From contig JAHFKV010000001.1 in assembly GCA_023245155.1 (NCBI GenBank), positions 395,034 through 459,033 of the forward strand: a stretch of DNA of 64,000 nt, given 5' to 3'. Below the pieces are notes generated by a model. The model was not told where the DNA came from. It saw nothing but the letters and a program-made list of their open reading frames with translations, and did not search any database. The DNA comes from Candidatus Staskawiczbacteria bacterium (GTDB lineage: Bacteria; Patescibacteriota; Minisyncoccia; Minisyncoccales; Staskawiczbacteraceae). Each line of letters opens with the position of its first letter. The first letter of the stretch is position 1. This document shows, piece after piece, positions 45,311 through 55,069 of the stretch. The position numbers and the translations under genes were made by a program.

Positions 45311-47005
45311 ATGAAAATCTGGAGATCAAACGTTGTTGTATTAGTAATTTTTTTGTTAGCGGCAATTATCATTGGCCGCTTGTTTTATATCCAGGTGTTG
45401 CAAGGCAAATTTTATTCGGCGCAAGCCTTGGGCCAGCAGTCAGGATTCCAGGAAGTGACTGGCAACCGCGGCCAGATATATTTTTCAAAAAGTAAAGAAA
45501 GCCTGGGGGCAGCTTCATCGGGCGACATGAAAAGCCTGGCCATTAACGAAGATACCTATATTGTTTCGGCAGTTCCCAGAATGATTAAGGACCGGGAAGC
45601 TTTTGCCGCGGCTGCAGGCAAAGAATTGAAAATTACCAAGGCCGACATGTTGGCCAAACTTAAAGAAAGCGATTCGTACGTAATCATTAAAAAAAATGTG
45701 GGAACAAGCCAGGCAGACGCTTTGAAAAGTTTGCAATTGGCGGGGCTGACTCTCGAATCAATGGCTTCCCGTTATTATCCGCAGGAAAAGTTGGCTTCGC
45801 AGGTGGTGGGATTTTTGGGTGGCAAAGGAATGGGTCAGTACGGCCTGGAAGGCTATTATGAAGATATGTTGGCCGGTAAAAAAGGTATTCAGGAACAAAA
45901 ACGGGGACTGAATTTAATCGGCGCTGATGCCTTGCCCGCTGATTTAAACGGTTCAGATCTTTATTTAACCCTTGATTACAATATCCAATTTGAAGCTGAA
46001 ACCCTGCTGGCTCAGGCCAAGAAAGACATTAACATCGATTCGGGCCAGATTATTGTAATAAAGCCAGACACCGGCCGTATCCTGGCCATGGCCGGGTATC
46101 CCTCGTTTGACCCCAATACCTATTATCAGCAACACGATTTAGGGATTTTTCAGAACTCGGCGGTGCAAAAAATCTTTGAACCAGGATCCGTTTTTAAACC
46201 CTTTACCATGGCTATTGCTTTAAACGAAGGCAAAGTAAATCCTGAAACCACCTTTGTAGATACAGGGTCAGCAAAAATTGGCCCGGATACCGTTTACAAT
46301 TTTGACCGGAAAAGTTATGGGAAGCAAACCATGTCGGGGATTTTGGAAAAGTCCATTAATACGGGGGCGGTTTTTGTATCACAGCAATTTTCGCATCAAA
46401 CCTTCATGGATTATTTGGAAAAATTCGGTTTTAATGATAAAACCGGGATTGACCAGCAGGGCGAAGTGGTTTCGAAAAACATGTTGTTGAAAAAGGGTTC
46501 TGACTTTGGTTTTGCCACCGCTTCGTTTGGCCAGGGCATTGAAATGACACCTATCCAGTTGATCCGTTCCTTTGCCATGTTTGCTAATGGCGGGCATGTG
46601 GTGACGCCCTATCTGGTTGATAAAATTTCCCATGGGGGCGAAGAATCGGTTACCAAACCACACCTCTCTGACCAGGTTATTTCGCAAAAAACCGCTTCTG
46701 AAGTTACCGCCATGATGATCCAGGTGGTAGAACGCGGGTTTGGAAACATTGCCAAAATTCCAGGATACTATCTGGCCGGAAAAACCGGAACAGCCGAGGT
46801 GCCATTCCCCGATAAAAAGGGGTATTACCCTGATCGGACCATCCAAAGCTTTATTGGGTTTGGCCCGGCCTTAAAACCACAATTTTTAATTTTGGTGAAG
46901 TTAGATCACCCCAATGTGCCTAAATCCGCTCTTTCAGCCGCTCCGATTTTCAAAAAAATTGCCCAGTACATTATTAACTACTGGCAACTGCCGCCGGATT
47001 ATTAG
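45311..47005 (+). CDS. ftsI: penicillin-binding protein 2/3 family transpeptidase
   Basis: N-terminal TM helix and a PBP dimerisation region. Motifs are SxxK (GSVFKPF), SxN (KSINTG) and KTGT (GKTGTA). Confidence 0.8.
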   Translation: MKIWRSNVVVLVIFLLAAIIIGRLFYIQVLQGKFYSAQALGQQSGFQEVTGNRGQIYFSKSKESLGAASSGDMKSLAINEDTYIVSAVPRMIKDREAFAAAAGKELKITKADMLAKLKESDSYVIIKKNVGTSQADALKSLQLAGLTLESMASRYYPQEKLASQVVGFLGGKGMGQYGLEGYYEDMLAGKKGIQEQKRGLNLIGADALPADLNGSDLYLTLDYNIQFEAETLLAQAKKDINIDSGQIIVIKPDTGRILAMAGYPSFDPNTYYQQHDLGIFQNSAVQKIFEPGSVFKPFTMAIALNEGKVNPETTFVDTGSAKIGPDTVYNFDRKSYGKQTMSGILEKSINTGAVFVSQQFSHQTFMDYLEKFGFNDKTGIDQQGEVVSKNMLLKKGSDFGFATASFGQGIEMTPIQLIRSFAMFANGGHVVTPYLVDKISHGGEESVTKPHLSDQVISQKTASEVTAMMIQVVERGFGNIAKIPGYYLAGKTGTAEVPFPDKKGYYPDRTIQSFIGFGPALKPQFLILVKLDHPNVPKSALSAAPIFKKIAQYIINYWQLPPDY

Positions 47006-47108
47006 AATGCGTATCTTTACGACGAAGTTAGAAAATTTTTTGTATAAAAGATGCTTAATGTAAACTTTTTTGTGTTTTTAAGCTAATTTTGGTATTGTTA
47101 AATAAAAT

Positions 47109-47984
47109 ATGCCAGAAAAAATACCTCCGCCACAACCAGAGGAGCCACCTTCGCCGCAAGAAGGAGGACTAGATATGGAATTTATCAAGCAACTTGAGGC
47201 CTCAGGAGTTCCGGTGGAGAAAATTCCAGAAGATGAAAATAAAATATCTGCAGAAGATTATGATTTTCTGGTTGAATTGGGTTTTGATCTGGGGAATAGA
47301 AGAGAGGTACAAACTGACACAGGTGTTATGGTAGAAATACCAAGAACCGAAGGACTATCAGCTTTTGTAAAACCAGAAAATTTCAAAAAGTGGGTTAGCA
47401 ATTTAAAAGATGAGCAGGGATTGGCAGAGGCAAGAAAAGATATAGAAGATGCTTTTAAAGGTGAACGGGAGAAAGAAAAACCATCCGAAGATTCAGAGGT
47501 GGGTAAGGAGCAGTTAGAAAGTTTGAAAAATAACTTTTACGATTTAACTGAGTCAATAAAAAGATTATACTATGAACTTTCTGAGCGAGAGGGGAACAAT
47601 ATGGATCCTTTAATTGATTCAGGAAATATAGATAAATTATTGGGTTCAGCTCAAAGTCTGGAAAGTATCCTCGATAATATAAAAGCCAATGAAGCGTATT
47701 TGAATGGTGCAATTAGTAGCATTAGGCAAGCGCTAGAGGAAATTGGGAATGTGAGTCAAAGATCAGGCCTAAATGAAAATGAAGATAGTTTGGGAAAAGT
47801 TTCATTTCTCCTGGGTAATATTGAAGAGCGCTGTAACGATGTTTTAAATGCTTTTGGAAAAATAGATAAATATGATACAACATCGTTAAGAGCATCAATT
47901 AATACATTGTTTGAGACGGCACAAGATAGAAAATTTCGTGTTGTCAGGAAATTAGAGGCTTTTAGGGATTATAGTAATAGTTAA
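47109..47984 (+). CDS. hypothetical acidic, coiled-coil-rich protein
   Basis: 291 aa with no TM helix or signal peptide; no family recognised. Confidence 0.45.
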   Translation: MPEKIPPPQPEEPPSPQEGGLDMEFIKQLEASGVPVEKIPEDENKISAEDYDFLVELGFDLGNRREVQTDTGVMVEIPRTEGLSAFVKPENFKKWVSNLKDEQGLAEARKDIEDAFKGEREKEKPSEDSEVGKEQLESLKNNFYDLTESIKRLYYELSEREGNNMDPLIDSGNIDKLLGSAQSLESILDNIKANEAYLNGAISSIRQALEEIGNVSQRSGLNENEDSLGKVSFLLGNIEERCNDVLNAFGKIDKYDTTSLRASINTLFETAQDRKFRVVRKLEAFRDYSNS

Positions 47985-48002
47985 AAAATGTAAAACTCGA
48001 TT

Positions 48003-48473
48003 ATGACTACTGTAAGGTGGATCACAAATATGAGCGAGGAAGAGAGGCAATTATTAGCACAGAGATTTACCGATGCGTTGGTTGATCTTACACCCGCTCA
48101 ACGAGATGAAGTGATTGCTGGAATTGAAATCAATGTTGCACATGAAACAATTAATGCTATTGCGGGGAAGTTGTCACTCAAAGATAAAGAAGAGATAGAG
48201 AAAATTGTGGGTATGGATATTGAAAAAGTAGGTGTGAAATCATATGATATTAATAAAGAGTGGCGAAAGGGCAACATGGGTGCCGCAGAGGCTCAAAAAA
48301 AGTACTCAAAAATAACTACTCCTGAAGCCGGGGTTAAACTCTTTGATTATCTTTCAGGAAATGTTAAAGAATTTATTCCAACATACAAAGAACTGTTGAA
48401 CAAAAAATTAGAAAAATTAGAAGAGATAAGAGCTACGTATCTTGCGAATTCTAAAAAATATTTGAAGAGATAA
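48003..48473 (+). CDS. hypothetical protein
   Basis: 156 aa; no family recognised. Same operon-like spacing as its neighbours. Confidence 0.45.
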   Translation: MTTVRWITNMSEEERQLLAQRFTDALVDLTPAQRDEVIAGIEINVAHETINAIAGKLSLKDKEEIEKIVGMDIEKVGVKSYDINKEWRKGNMGAAEAQKKYSKITTPEAGVKLFDYLSGNVKEFIPTYKELLNKKLEKLEEIRATYLANSKKYLKR

Positions 48474-48477
48474 AATT

Positions 48478-48906
48478 ATGGGAGAAAGACAACAAGACAA
48501 CAAAGGGCAAGAGTTGGTAGGTTTAAAAATTTCTGAAATAGAGCCAATTGAAGAAAGTTATGGACAACCTTTTGCCAGCGAAGCGGAGATTGATAAGTAT
48601 ATAGAATTACCACTCGTAAGCTCTGTAAAGGATTTGTATAGAAAAAATATTTTCACTATTAGTTGTAGTGCCAATAGAAAAGATTTTTATTCTGGGTATG
48701 GTTATATCGTTATTGATTTTCATCGTCTTTCTTCTCATAATAAAGAAGTCGCCCTACAGCTTGGAAAGCTTTCGGGGGACGGTACAAGTATTTTACTTGA
48801 AATTCCGATGAATAAAAATTCCACGGTTGAGGAGGTTAAAGCCTTTGCAGAATTTACTGTTGCCAAATTCGGCCAACAAGATCTAAGCGACCCCACGGGG
48901 ATTTGA
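48478..48906 (+). CDS. hypothetical protein
   Basis: 142 aa; no family recognised. The last 19 nt overlap the antisense tRNA-Glu. Confidence 0.4.
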   Translation: MGERQQDNKGQELVGLKISEIEPIEESYGQPFASEAEIDKYIELPLVSSVKDLYRKNIFTISCSANRKDFYSGYGYIVIDFHRLSSHNKEVALQLGKLSGDGTSILLEIPMNKNSTVEEVKAFAEFTVAKFGQQDLSDPTGI

Positions 48907-48962
48907 ACCCCGGTTACCAGAATGAGAATCTGGTGTCCTAGGCCGGGCTAGACGATAGGGTC
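48888..48962 (-). tRNA. tRNA-Glu (CTC)
   Basis: The reverse complement gives acceptor GACCCTA/TGGGGTC (one G-U pair), D-arm GTCTAGCCCGGCCTAGGAC, anticodon stem CCAGA/TCTGG, loop TTCTCAT, and T-arm CGGGG/CCCCG. Confidence 0.85.
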
Positions 48963-49033
48963 ATGGATTTTCTATATCACAAAAGTCGGGTTTTATCCAC
49001 ATGTTTGACATATTTATTTGGCATTAAAAAGGG

Positions 49034-49048
49034 TAAAATGTAGTAATG
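49034..49048 (+). promoter_or_regulatory. -10 box TAAAAT placed 6 nt before the ATG (leaderless candidate)
   Basis: TAAAAT 49034-49039, gtagta, ATG at 49046. Confidence 0.35.
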
Positions 49049-50167
49049 CTAAAAAATATTTTCAAACACTACGTTTATCCGGTTGCTACGTTAGCGAGCA
49101 GCATCATTGGAGTTGGTTTTTTATCTTTACCCTATATTGCGTTGAAAATCGGTATCTGGCCGATGAGTTTTTATTTTGTAGCGCTGACCACTCTGGTGGT
49201 ATTTATTCATATTATTTTGGGCCAAATTAGTTTGAGAACCCCCGATTTTAAGCGTTGGCCAGGTTTTGTTGGATTTTATTTGGGCACATGGCCAAAGCAG
49301 ATTATTATGGTAACTATGACGGCAGGAATTTTTGGCGTCATGCTGGTGTACTTGATTGTCGGCAGTCAATTTTTGTCAGTGGTATTCAGCCCGATTTTCG
49401 GGGGAAATGCTTTAACCTATGTGTTGGTATATTTTGCCATCGCTGCCCTTTGCTTGTATTTTGGGGTAAAAACTATTTCCAAGGTTGATTTCTTGGCTTT
49501 GCTGTTGTTGGTGATTATTTTAGGCATTACCTTTTTTGAGGGGTTCTCGCACATTCGTGCTAGTAATTTTTTCTTGCATACTGCTAATTTCCAAAAGAAC
49601 TTTTTTTTACCCTATGGCGCCCTCCTCTTTTCTTTGTGGGGAGCCGGTTTTATTCCAGAAACCGAAGAAATGGTCCGGGGAAATAAAAAAGTCCTGAAAA
49701 AAGTAATCATCCTTTCCACGCTCATTCCTGCCATTTTCTATTTTCTGTTTACCTTTTTAATCGTATCAATTACAGGTTCTGGCACGACTGAATCGGCCTT
49801 GGTGGGGCTTAAGAACTTTTTAAGCCCGGGGGTTATATCAGTTGCGCTTTTGATGGGGGTGATTACTACCTTTATCGCTTTTATTGCTGAAGGGTTTTTG
49901 TTAAAAAAGATTTTCATGTATGACCTCGGCGTGAAAGAGTTTCACTCATGGGTGCTGGTGTGTTGCGTGCCCTTACTATTGTTTTTATTGGGAATTAACT
50001 CTTTCATCCCATTAATATCATTTATCGGGGGAGTTCTCTTGAGCATTGACGGGATATTAATCATGTTGATGTACAAAAAAATTGGGGGCAAGCCGATTAT
50101 TATTTATCCGTTGGTTATCTTTTTTGTTCTGGGGATTATGTATGAATTAATCTATTTTTTGAAATAA
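49046..50167 (+). CDS. amino-acid permease-like polytopic membrane protein
   Basis: About 11 TM helices. The general pattern resembles the Aa_trans / Trp-Tyr permease families. Substrate unknown. Confidence 0.45.
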   Translation: MLKNIFKHYVYPVATLASSIIGVGFLSLPYIALKIGIWPMSFYFVALTTLVVFIHIILGQISLRTPDFKRWPGFVGFYLGTWPKQIIMVTMTAGIFGVMLVYLIVGSQFLSVVFSPIFGGNALTYVLVYFAIAALCLYFGVKTISKVDFLALLLLVIILGITFFEGFSHIRASNFFLHTANFQKNFFLPYGALLFSLWGAGFIPETEEMVRGNKKVLKKVIILSTLIPAIFYFLFTFLIVSITGSGTTESALVGLKNFLSPGVISVALLMGVITTFIAFIAEGFLLKKIFMYDLGVKEFHSWVLVCCVPLLLFLLGINSFIPLISFIGGVLLSIDGILIMLMYKKIGGKPIIIYPLVIFFVLGIMYELIYFLK

Positions 50168-50168
50168 C

Positions 50169-51131
50169 ATGCCCGTGTATTTTATTGTAATTATTTTTGT
50201 GGTTTCATGTTGCTTGCTAAGTTGGCTGTCTAGTCGCCTGGTAAAATCCTTAGTGCAAATTGCGCGGTATTTGCAATGGAGAGAATTTATTATTGCCTTT
50301 TTTGTAATGGCTTTTGCCGCTTCTTTGCCCGATTTGTTTATTGACGTGAATGCAGCCTTGCAACACAAGCCTCTGTTGGCCCTGGGAGATATTTTGGGCG
50401 GCAATTTGGTAGACTTAACTTTGGTGCTGGCTATTGCCGTTTTTTTCAGTAAAAAAAGCTTGTCAGCGGAGTCGGAGATGGTTCAAACATCCGCCTTTTT
50501 TACCACTGCTATCGCCGTGCTTCCCTTGTTACTGATTTTAGATGGCAGATTAAGCCGGATTGACGGAGTGATATTAATTGCAGCTTTCTTTCTGTATTCT
50601 GGTTGGCTGTTTTCTAAATCCCAACATTTTAAAAAAGTATACAAAAAAACCAAAGAGAGCGCAGTCGTGGGATTTAAAACCTTTTTATGGAACATCCTAA
50701 AAATTATTGTTTTAATAGGTTTACTGCTAGCTGCTTCTCAGGCGGTAATCACCTCGGCCCAGTTTTTCAGCAACAGTTTTGGGATTTCCCTGGCCTTGGT
50801 AGGAATTTTAATCGTCGGCTTGGGCAACTCGTTCCCTGATTTATATTTTTCCATTATTTCTGCCCGCAAGAATGAAAACTGGCTAGTGTTGGGCGAGTTA
50901 ATGGGCTCGGTTATTATTTGCGCCACCTTGGTATTAGGATTGGTGGCCTTATGTTTCCCATTTGATATCATTGACTTTGCCCCCTTTTTCACCGCTCGGA
51001 TTATTCTAATTGCAGCAGCCGTTTTGTCATTCATCTTTATAAAAACCGGCCGGAAAATCACTAAAAAAGAAGGGCTGGTGCTTTTGTTTCTTTACATTAT
51101 ATTTTTGATTATAGAGATTTTTCTTACATAA
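50169..51131 (+). CDS. Ca2+/cation antiporter (CaCA, YrbG-like)
   Basis: Two alpha-repeat-like segments (GDILGGNLVDLTLVL and VGLGNSFPDLYFSI) and about 10 TM helices. Confidence 0.6.
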   Translation: MPVYFIVIIFVVSCCLLSWLSSRLVKSLVQIARYLQWREFIIAFFVMAFAASLPDLFIDVNAALQHKPLLALGDILGGNLVDLTLVLAIAVFFSKKSLSAESEMVQTSAFFTTAIAVLPLLLILDGRLSRIDGVILIAAFFLYSGWLFSKSQHFKKVYKKTKESAVVGFKTFLWNILKIIVLIGLLLAASQAVITSAQFFSNSFGISLALVGILIVGLGNSFPDLYFSIISARKNENWLVLGELMGSVIICATLVLGLVALCFPFDIIDFAPFFTARIILIAAAVLSFIFIKTGRKITKKEGLVLLFLYIIFLIIEIFLT

Positions 51132-53561
51132 ATGAATTCTCAAGCTTCGGGTCTTTCAGAGCAAGAGGTCCAAGAGGGGCTCAAAAAATATGGTTTCAAT
51201 GAGGTGGCTGTCCACGAGCATCGGGCACTGGATATTTTTTTACGCCAAATAAAGTCACCTTTTGCTTATTTGCTCTTTACCGCGGGAATTCTTTCCCTCT
51301 TCATCGGCGAAAAAATTGATAGCGCAGTGATTATAGCCTTTGTGACGGTAAACATTATTATTGGGTTTTTCCAAGAATACCGCGCGGAAAAAACAGTTTC
51401 CTTGTTGGCCAAGTTAGTCCCCCAAAATGTAAAGGTAGTTCGTGATGGAAAACAGCAAACTATTGAAAAAAAATTCCTGGTGCCCGGAGACATCGTTTTG
51501 CTGGCGCCGGGAGATATTCTGCCAGCCGAATTAAGAGTTCTTGAATGCCAGAATTTTTTGGTTGACGAATCGGCCATGACGGGTGAATCATTTCCCGTTG
51601 CCAGGGCTGCAGATGATGCATTGTTTGCCGCAACCACGGTGGTTTCTGGAAAAGCTACCACGCGGGTAACTGCCACCGGGAAAAACACTAAGCTTGGGGG
51701 TATTGTGGTTTCAGTGGCTGGACACCGCCACGGAGGGGTTTATGAAAAAAATCTGCTCTATTTTTGCCGGCTGATTTTAAAAATCGTGGTGGCAACCATC
51801 GTAATCATTTTCATCGCCAATTTCATTATCAAAGGTGGCGAACACGCGTTTGAATTTTCCTTTTTTTGCATTGCTTTGATTGTCAGCATTTTACCGGAAG
51901 CCTTGCCGGCCATTGTGGTATTTGCCCTAAGTCGCGGCAGTTTGAAAATGGCAGAAGATAACGTGGTGGTTAAGCGTTTGGAAGCCATTGAAGATTTGGG
52001 CAATATTGAAATATTGTGTACCGATAAAACCGGAACTCTCACCCAAAACAAGCTTGTATTGGAAAAAATCGCCACTTCTGACAAAGACAAAGCTTTGCTT
52101 TATGCATTATTGGGGTCTGACAAGGAAAGTATAGATCCCTTTGACTTGGCATTTGTTTCGCGTGCCAGTTACGGGATTTTAGAACAGGTGAAAAAATATA
52201 AAAAAATATCCCAGTTACCGTTTGATTCTTTCAGAATGCGCTCAAGCGCGTTATTGGAAAACCAAAAGGCCGAAAGATGGCTAATAGTAAAGGGGGCGCC
52301 AGAAGTAGTGGTAAAATTATGCACTAATTTCGGGCGCGCTTTTGACAAAAAAGAAGTACTTGAAGATTGCAAGCGTGAAGGGCAAAATGGCAAGCGTTCG
52401 CTGGCCATTGCCTATAAAAAGTTTGAAGGAGAAAACATTGCCGCCAAAGATGAGAAAGGGCTGATGTTTCTAGGATATTTTGTGTTTGAAGATCCTCTGA
52501 AAAGCACGGCTGAAGAATCCATCCGCCTTTCAAAAAAACTGGGTTTGCAGATAAAAATCATCACGGGCGATTCAAAAGAGGTTGCCGGGTACGTGGCTAA
52601 AAAAGTGGGGCTGATTACCACCTCTGAAAACGTTATGTTGGCTGAACAGTTAGAACGTATGGCGCCAGATGATTTTGATGAAGCATGCCAAGAAAACGTG
52701 GTGTTTGCCCGCATTTCCCCCGATGTTAAACACAAGATTATAACTTCACTCCAGAAAAAGTTTGAAGTGGGTTTTTTGGGTGAGGGGATTAATGATGCTC
52801 CCGCCCTAAAAACGGCCGATGTGGGCATCGCTGTGGCTGAAGCTTCCGATATTGCCCGTGAATCAGCTGATATTGTGCTGCTCAAAAAAGATTTACGGGT
52901 GATTGTCAATGGTATTAAAACCGGGCGTAACATTTTTGCTAACATTAATAAATACATCAAGTGCGCGCTGGCTAGTAACTTTGGAAATTTTTATTCTATT
53001 GCGGTCATTTCGCTCTTTGTGCCATTTTTGCCCATGTTACCGGTGCAAATTTTGCTGGGAAATTTACTGTCTGATTTTCCCTTAATTTCTATTGTGTCTG
53101 ATTCAGTTGACGTGGAAGAATTACGAAAACCCAAGGCATATCAATTGCACAATGTCCTGCCTTTAATTATTGCCTTGGCGCTAGTGAGCACCGTTTTCGA
53201 CTTTATTTTTTTCACTATTTTTTACCATCAACCGGCCGGTAATATCCAGACACTGTGGTTTATTGAAAGCATTTTAACTGAAATTGTCTTGATCTTTATT
53301 ATTCGTACGCGTAAGCAATTTTGGAAAGCCAAGCGCCCGAATTTCTGGTTGTTTTTCTTTACCATCATTGACGGCGCGGTGATTCTTGCCTTGCCATTTT
53401 TCAAATTCGGCCAGGATTTTTTCCACTTTGTAACGCCGCCGGTTTTACCTTTACTGGTTGTATTTTTCCTAGTTGGTTTGTATTTTATGGCCAGCGAAAT
53501 GGTAAAGCTAGTATATTTTCACTACTTTAAAATTCCAAAGACTTCAATTGACTCGCGTTAG
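51132..53561 (+). CDS. cation-transporting P-type ATPase (type II/III, Ca2+/Mg2+-like)
   Basis: N-terminal GLSEQEVQEGLKKYGFNEV, TGES, CTDKTGTLTQN, TGDS, GEGINDAPALKTADVGIAV. Confidence 0.85.
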   Translation: MNSQASGLSEQEVQEGLKKYGFNEVAVHEHRALDIFLRQIKSPFAYLLFTAGILSLFIGEKIDSAVIIAFVTVNIIIGFFQEYRAEKTVSLLAKLVPQNVKVVRDGKQQTIEKKFLVPGDIVLLAPGDILPAELRVLECQNFLVDESAMTGESFPVARAADDALFAATTVVSGKATTRVTATGKNTKLGGIVVSVAGHRHGGVYEKNLLYFCRLILKIVVATIVIIFIANFIIKGGEHAFEFSFFCIALIVSILPEALPAIVVFALSRGSLKMAEDNVVVKRLEAIEDLGNIEILCTDKTGTLTQNKLVLEKIATSDKDKALLYALLGSDKESIDPFDLAFVSRASYGILEQVKKYKKISQLPFDSFRMRSSALLENQKAERWLIVKGAPEVVVKLCTNFGRAFDKKEVLEDCKREGQNGKRSLAIAYKKFEGENIAAKDEKGLMFLGYFVFEDPLKSTAEESIRLSKKLGLQIKIITGDSKEVAGYVAKKVGLITTSENVMLAEQLERMAPDDFDEACQENVVFARISPDVKHKIITSLQKKFEVGFLGEGINDAPALKTADVGIAVAEASDIARESADIVLLKKDLRVIVNGIKTGRNIFANINKYIKCALASNFGNFYSIAVISLFVPFLPMLPVQILLGNLLSDFPLISIVSDSVDVEELRKPKAYQLHNVLPLIIALALVSTVFDFIFFTIFYHQPAGNIQTLWFIESILTEIVLIFIIRTRKQFWKAKRPNFWLFFFTIIDGAVILALPFFKFGQDFFHFVTPPVLPLLVVFFLVGLYFMASEMVKLVYFHYFKIPKTSIDSR

Positions 53562-53616
53562 TTGATATGGTACAAATAATCGCAGCAACAATCACACACT
53601 CAAAAGAGAGGTCGTT

Positions 53617-53931
53617 ATGGCTTGCAGAACATCCAAAATCCTTGACGGGCCTTCTCCAGAGGAATTACTTACGGCGCTGAATTCTTCCTTGCCGGTGCAA
53701 TTCATGTGGTTTGGCTGGGATATGAAAAACTCGGAAAGTGTGCTGATGTCAATGGATATTTACCTCCTTAAGGTCGTGTTGGGGTTTTCCTTTGAGGGCG
53801 ACACAGCCATTCAGGGGTATACTACAGCCGTTAATTCTTCGTCTGGAAGACGGCCATGCTGGCTGATATTTAACCCGGCGCCCCGCGACAGCATCCTTGG
53901 GAAGGGTATCATTTTCTGGCTGGACGATTGA
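53617..53931 (+). CDS. hypothetical protein (GC-rich unit)
   Basis: AGAGAGG SD 5 nt before the ATG and a terminator at 53952-53979. No family recognised. Confidence 0.4.
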   Translation: MACRTSKILDGPSPEELLTALNSSLPVQFMWFGWDMKNSESVLMSMDIYLLKVVLGFSFEGDTAIQGYTTAVNSSSGRRPCWLIFNPAPRDSILGKGIIFWLDD

Positions 53932-53951
53932 GTCAGCCCCAAGAATCAACA

Positions 53952-53979
53952 AAGTGTTGGTCGTTCCAACACTTTTTTC
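53952..53979 (+). terminator. intrinsic terminator
   Basis: AAGTGTTGG/CCAACACTT stem with a T-run. Confidence 0.7.
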
Positions 53980-53993
53980 TTTCCTAAAAAGTG

Positions 53994-54012
53994 TGTTAGA
54001 ATAATGGCAATG
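53994..54012 (+). promoter_or_regulatory. extended -10 TGtTAGAAT placed 7 nt before the second ATG of rmuC (leaderless candidate)
   Basis: TG 53994-53995, TAGAAT 53997-54002, aatggca, ATG at 54010. Confidence 0.4.
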
Positions 54013-55044
54013 GATATTTCAATTTTATTTTACATTTTCATCATTGCTGGCATTGGGGCCGTGATTTTTTTACAGACAAGAAGAAAAGAAGAGCCCAAAA
54101 AAGACGATGGGCAATTATTGATGTTGCAACAGCAGTTAAATCATGTGTCGCAGGTACTAGACCAAAAACTGGCCGAACAAAATAAAAATTCGCAGTTCCA
54201 GTTTGCCGAGTCTTCAAAAATAATTGGTGATGTGCGCGAAAGGCTGGCCAAATTAGATGAAACCAACAAGCAGGTGGTAAATTTTGCCGGGCAACTGCAA
54301 AATCTGCAAGACATTTTAAAAAATCCAAAACAGCGGGGGATTTTGGGCGAATATTATTTGGAAACGGTTTTAAAAAATGTCCTGCCACCGGGGAGTTATC
54401 AAATGCAGTATGGGTTTGCCGATGGCGTGATTGTGGATGCCGCTGTTTTTGTGGACAAATTAATTATTCCGATTGACTCAAAGTTCAGCCTGGAAAATTA
54501 TAATAGAATGGTTGAGGCCACTGACCCGCAAGAAAAAAAGCGGCTGGAAATGGCATTTATTTCTGATTTAAAACTGCGCATTGATGAAACGGCCAAATAT
54601 GTAAAACCGGAAGAAAAAACTACCGATTTTGCTTTTATGTTTATTCCATCCGAAGCAGTGTATTATGATTTGCTAATTAATAAAGTGGGCGTCATTGCCG
54701 ATGATAACCAAAATTTAGTGTATTATGCGGGCAAGAAAAAAGTGGTAGTAGTTTCGCCAACTTCTTTTTTAGCTTATTTGCAAACCGTTTTACAGGGCAT
54801 GAAAAATCAGAAAATTTCTGAGCAGGCGCAAATGATTATCAAAGAAGTGGAACGATTGGGTAAGCATATGTTTGCGTACAGCGAATACGTCAACCGGATG
54901 GGGGACAATCTGGATAAAACTGTCAGCAGTTATAACAAAGCCCGTGCCGAATTTTTGAAAGTGGACAAAGATGTGGTTAAAATTACGGATGGGGATAGCA
55001 AGGTAAAAATTGATGAAATCGCGCGGCCCAACATTGACGAATAG
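54004..55044 (+). CDS. rmuC: DNA recombination protein RmuC
   Basis: N-terminal TM helix, a coiled coil, then QRGILGEYYLETVL...IIPIDSKFSLENY. The start may be 54010. Confidence 0.8.
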   Translation: MAMDISILFYIFIIAGIGAVIFLQTRRKEEPKKDDGQLLMLQQQLNHVSQVLDQKLAEQNKNSQFQFAESSKIIGDVRERLAKLDETNKQVVNFAGQLQNLQDILKNPKQRGILGEYYLETVLKNVLPPGSYQMQYGFADGVIVDAAVFVDKLIIPIDSKFSLENYNRMVEATDPQEKKRLEMAFISDLKLRIDETAKYVKPEEKTTDFAFMFIPSEAVYYDLLINKVGVIADDNQNLVYYAGKKKVVVVSPTSFLAYLQTVLQGMKNQKISEQAQMIIKEVERLGKHMFAYSEYVNRMGDNLDKTVSSYNKARAEFLKVDKDVVKITDGDSKVKIDEIARPNIDE

Positions 55045-55069
55045 AGCTAATTTTGCTAGTATGATTAAT

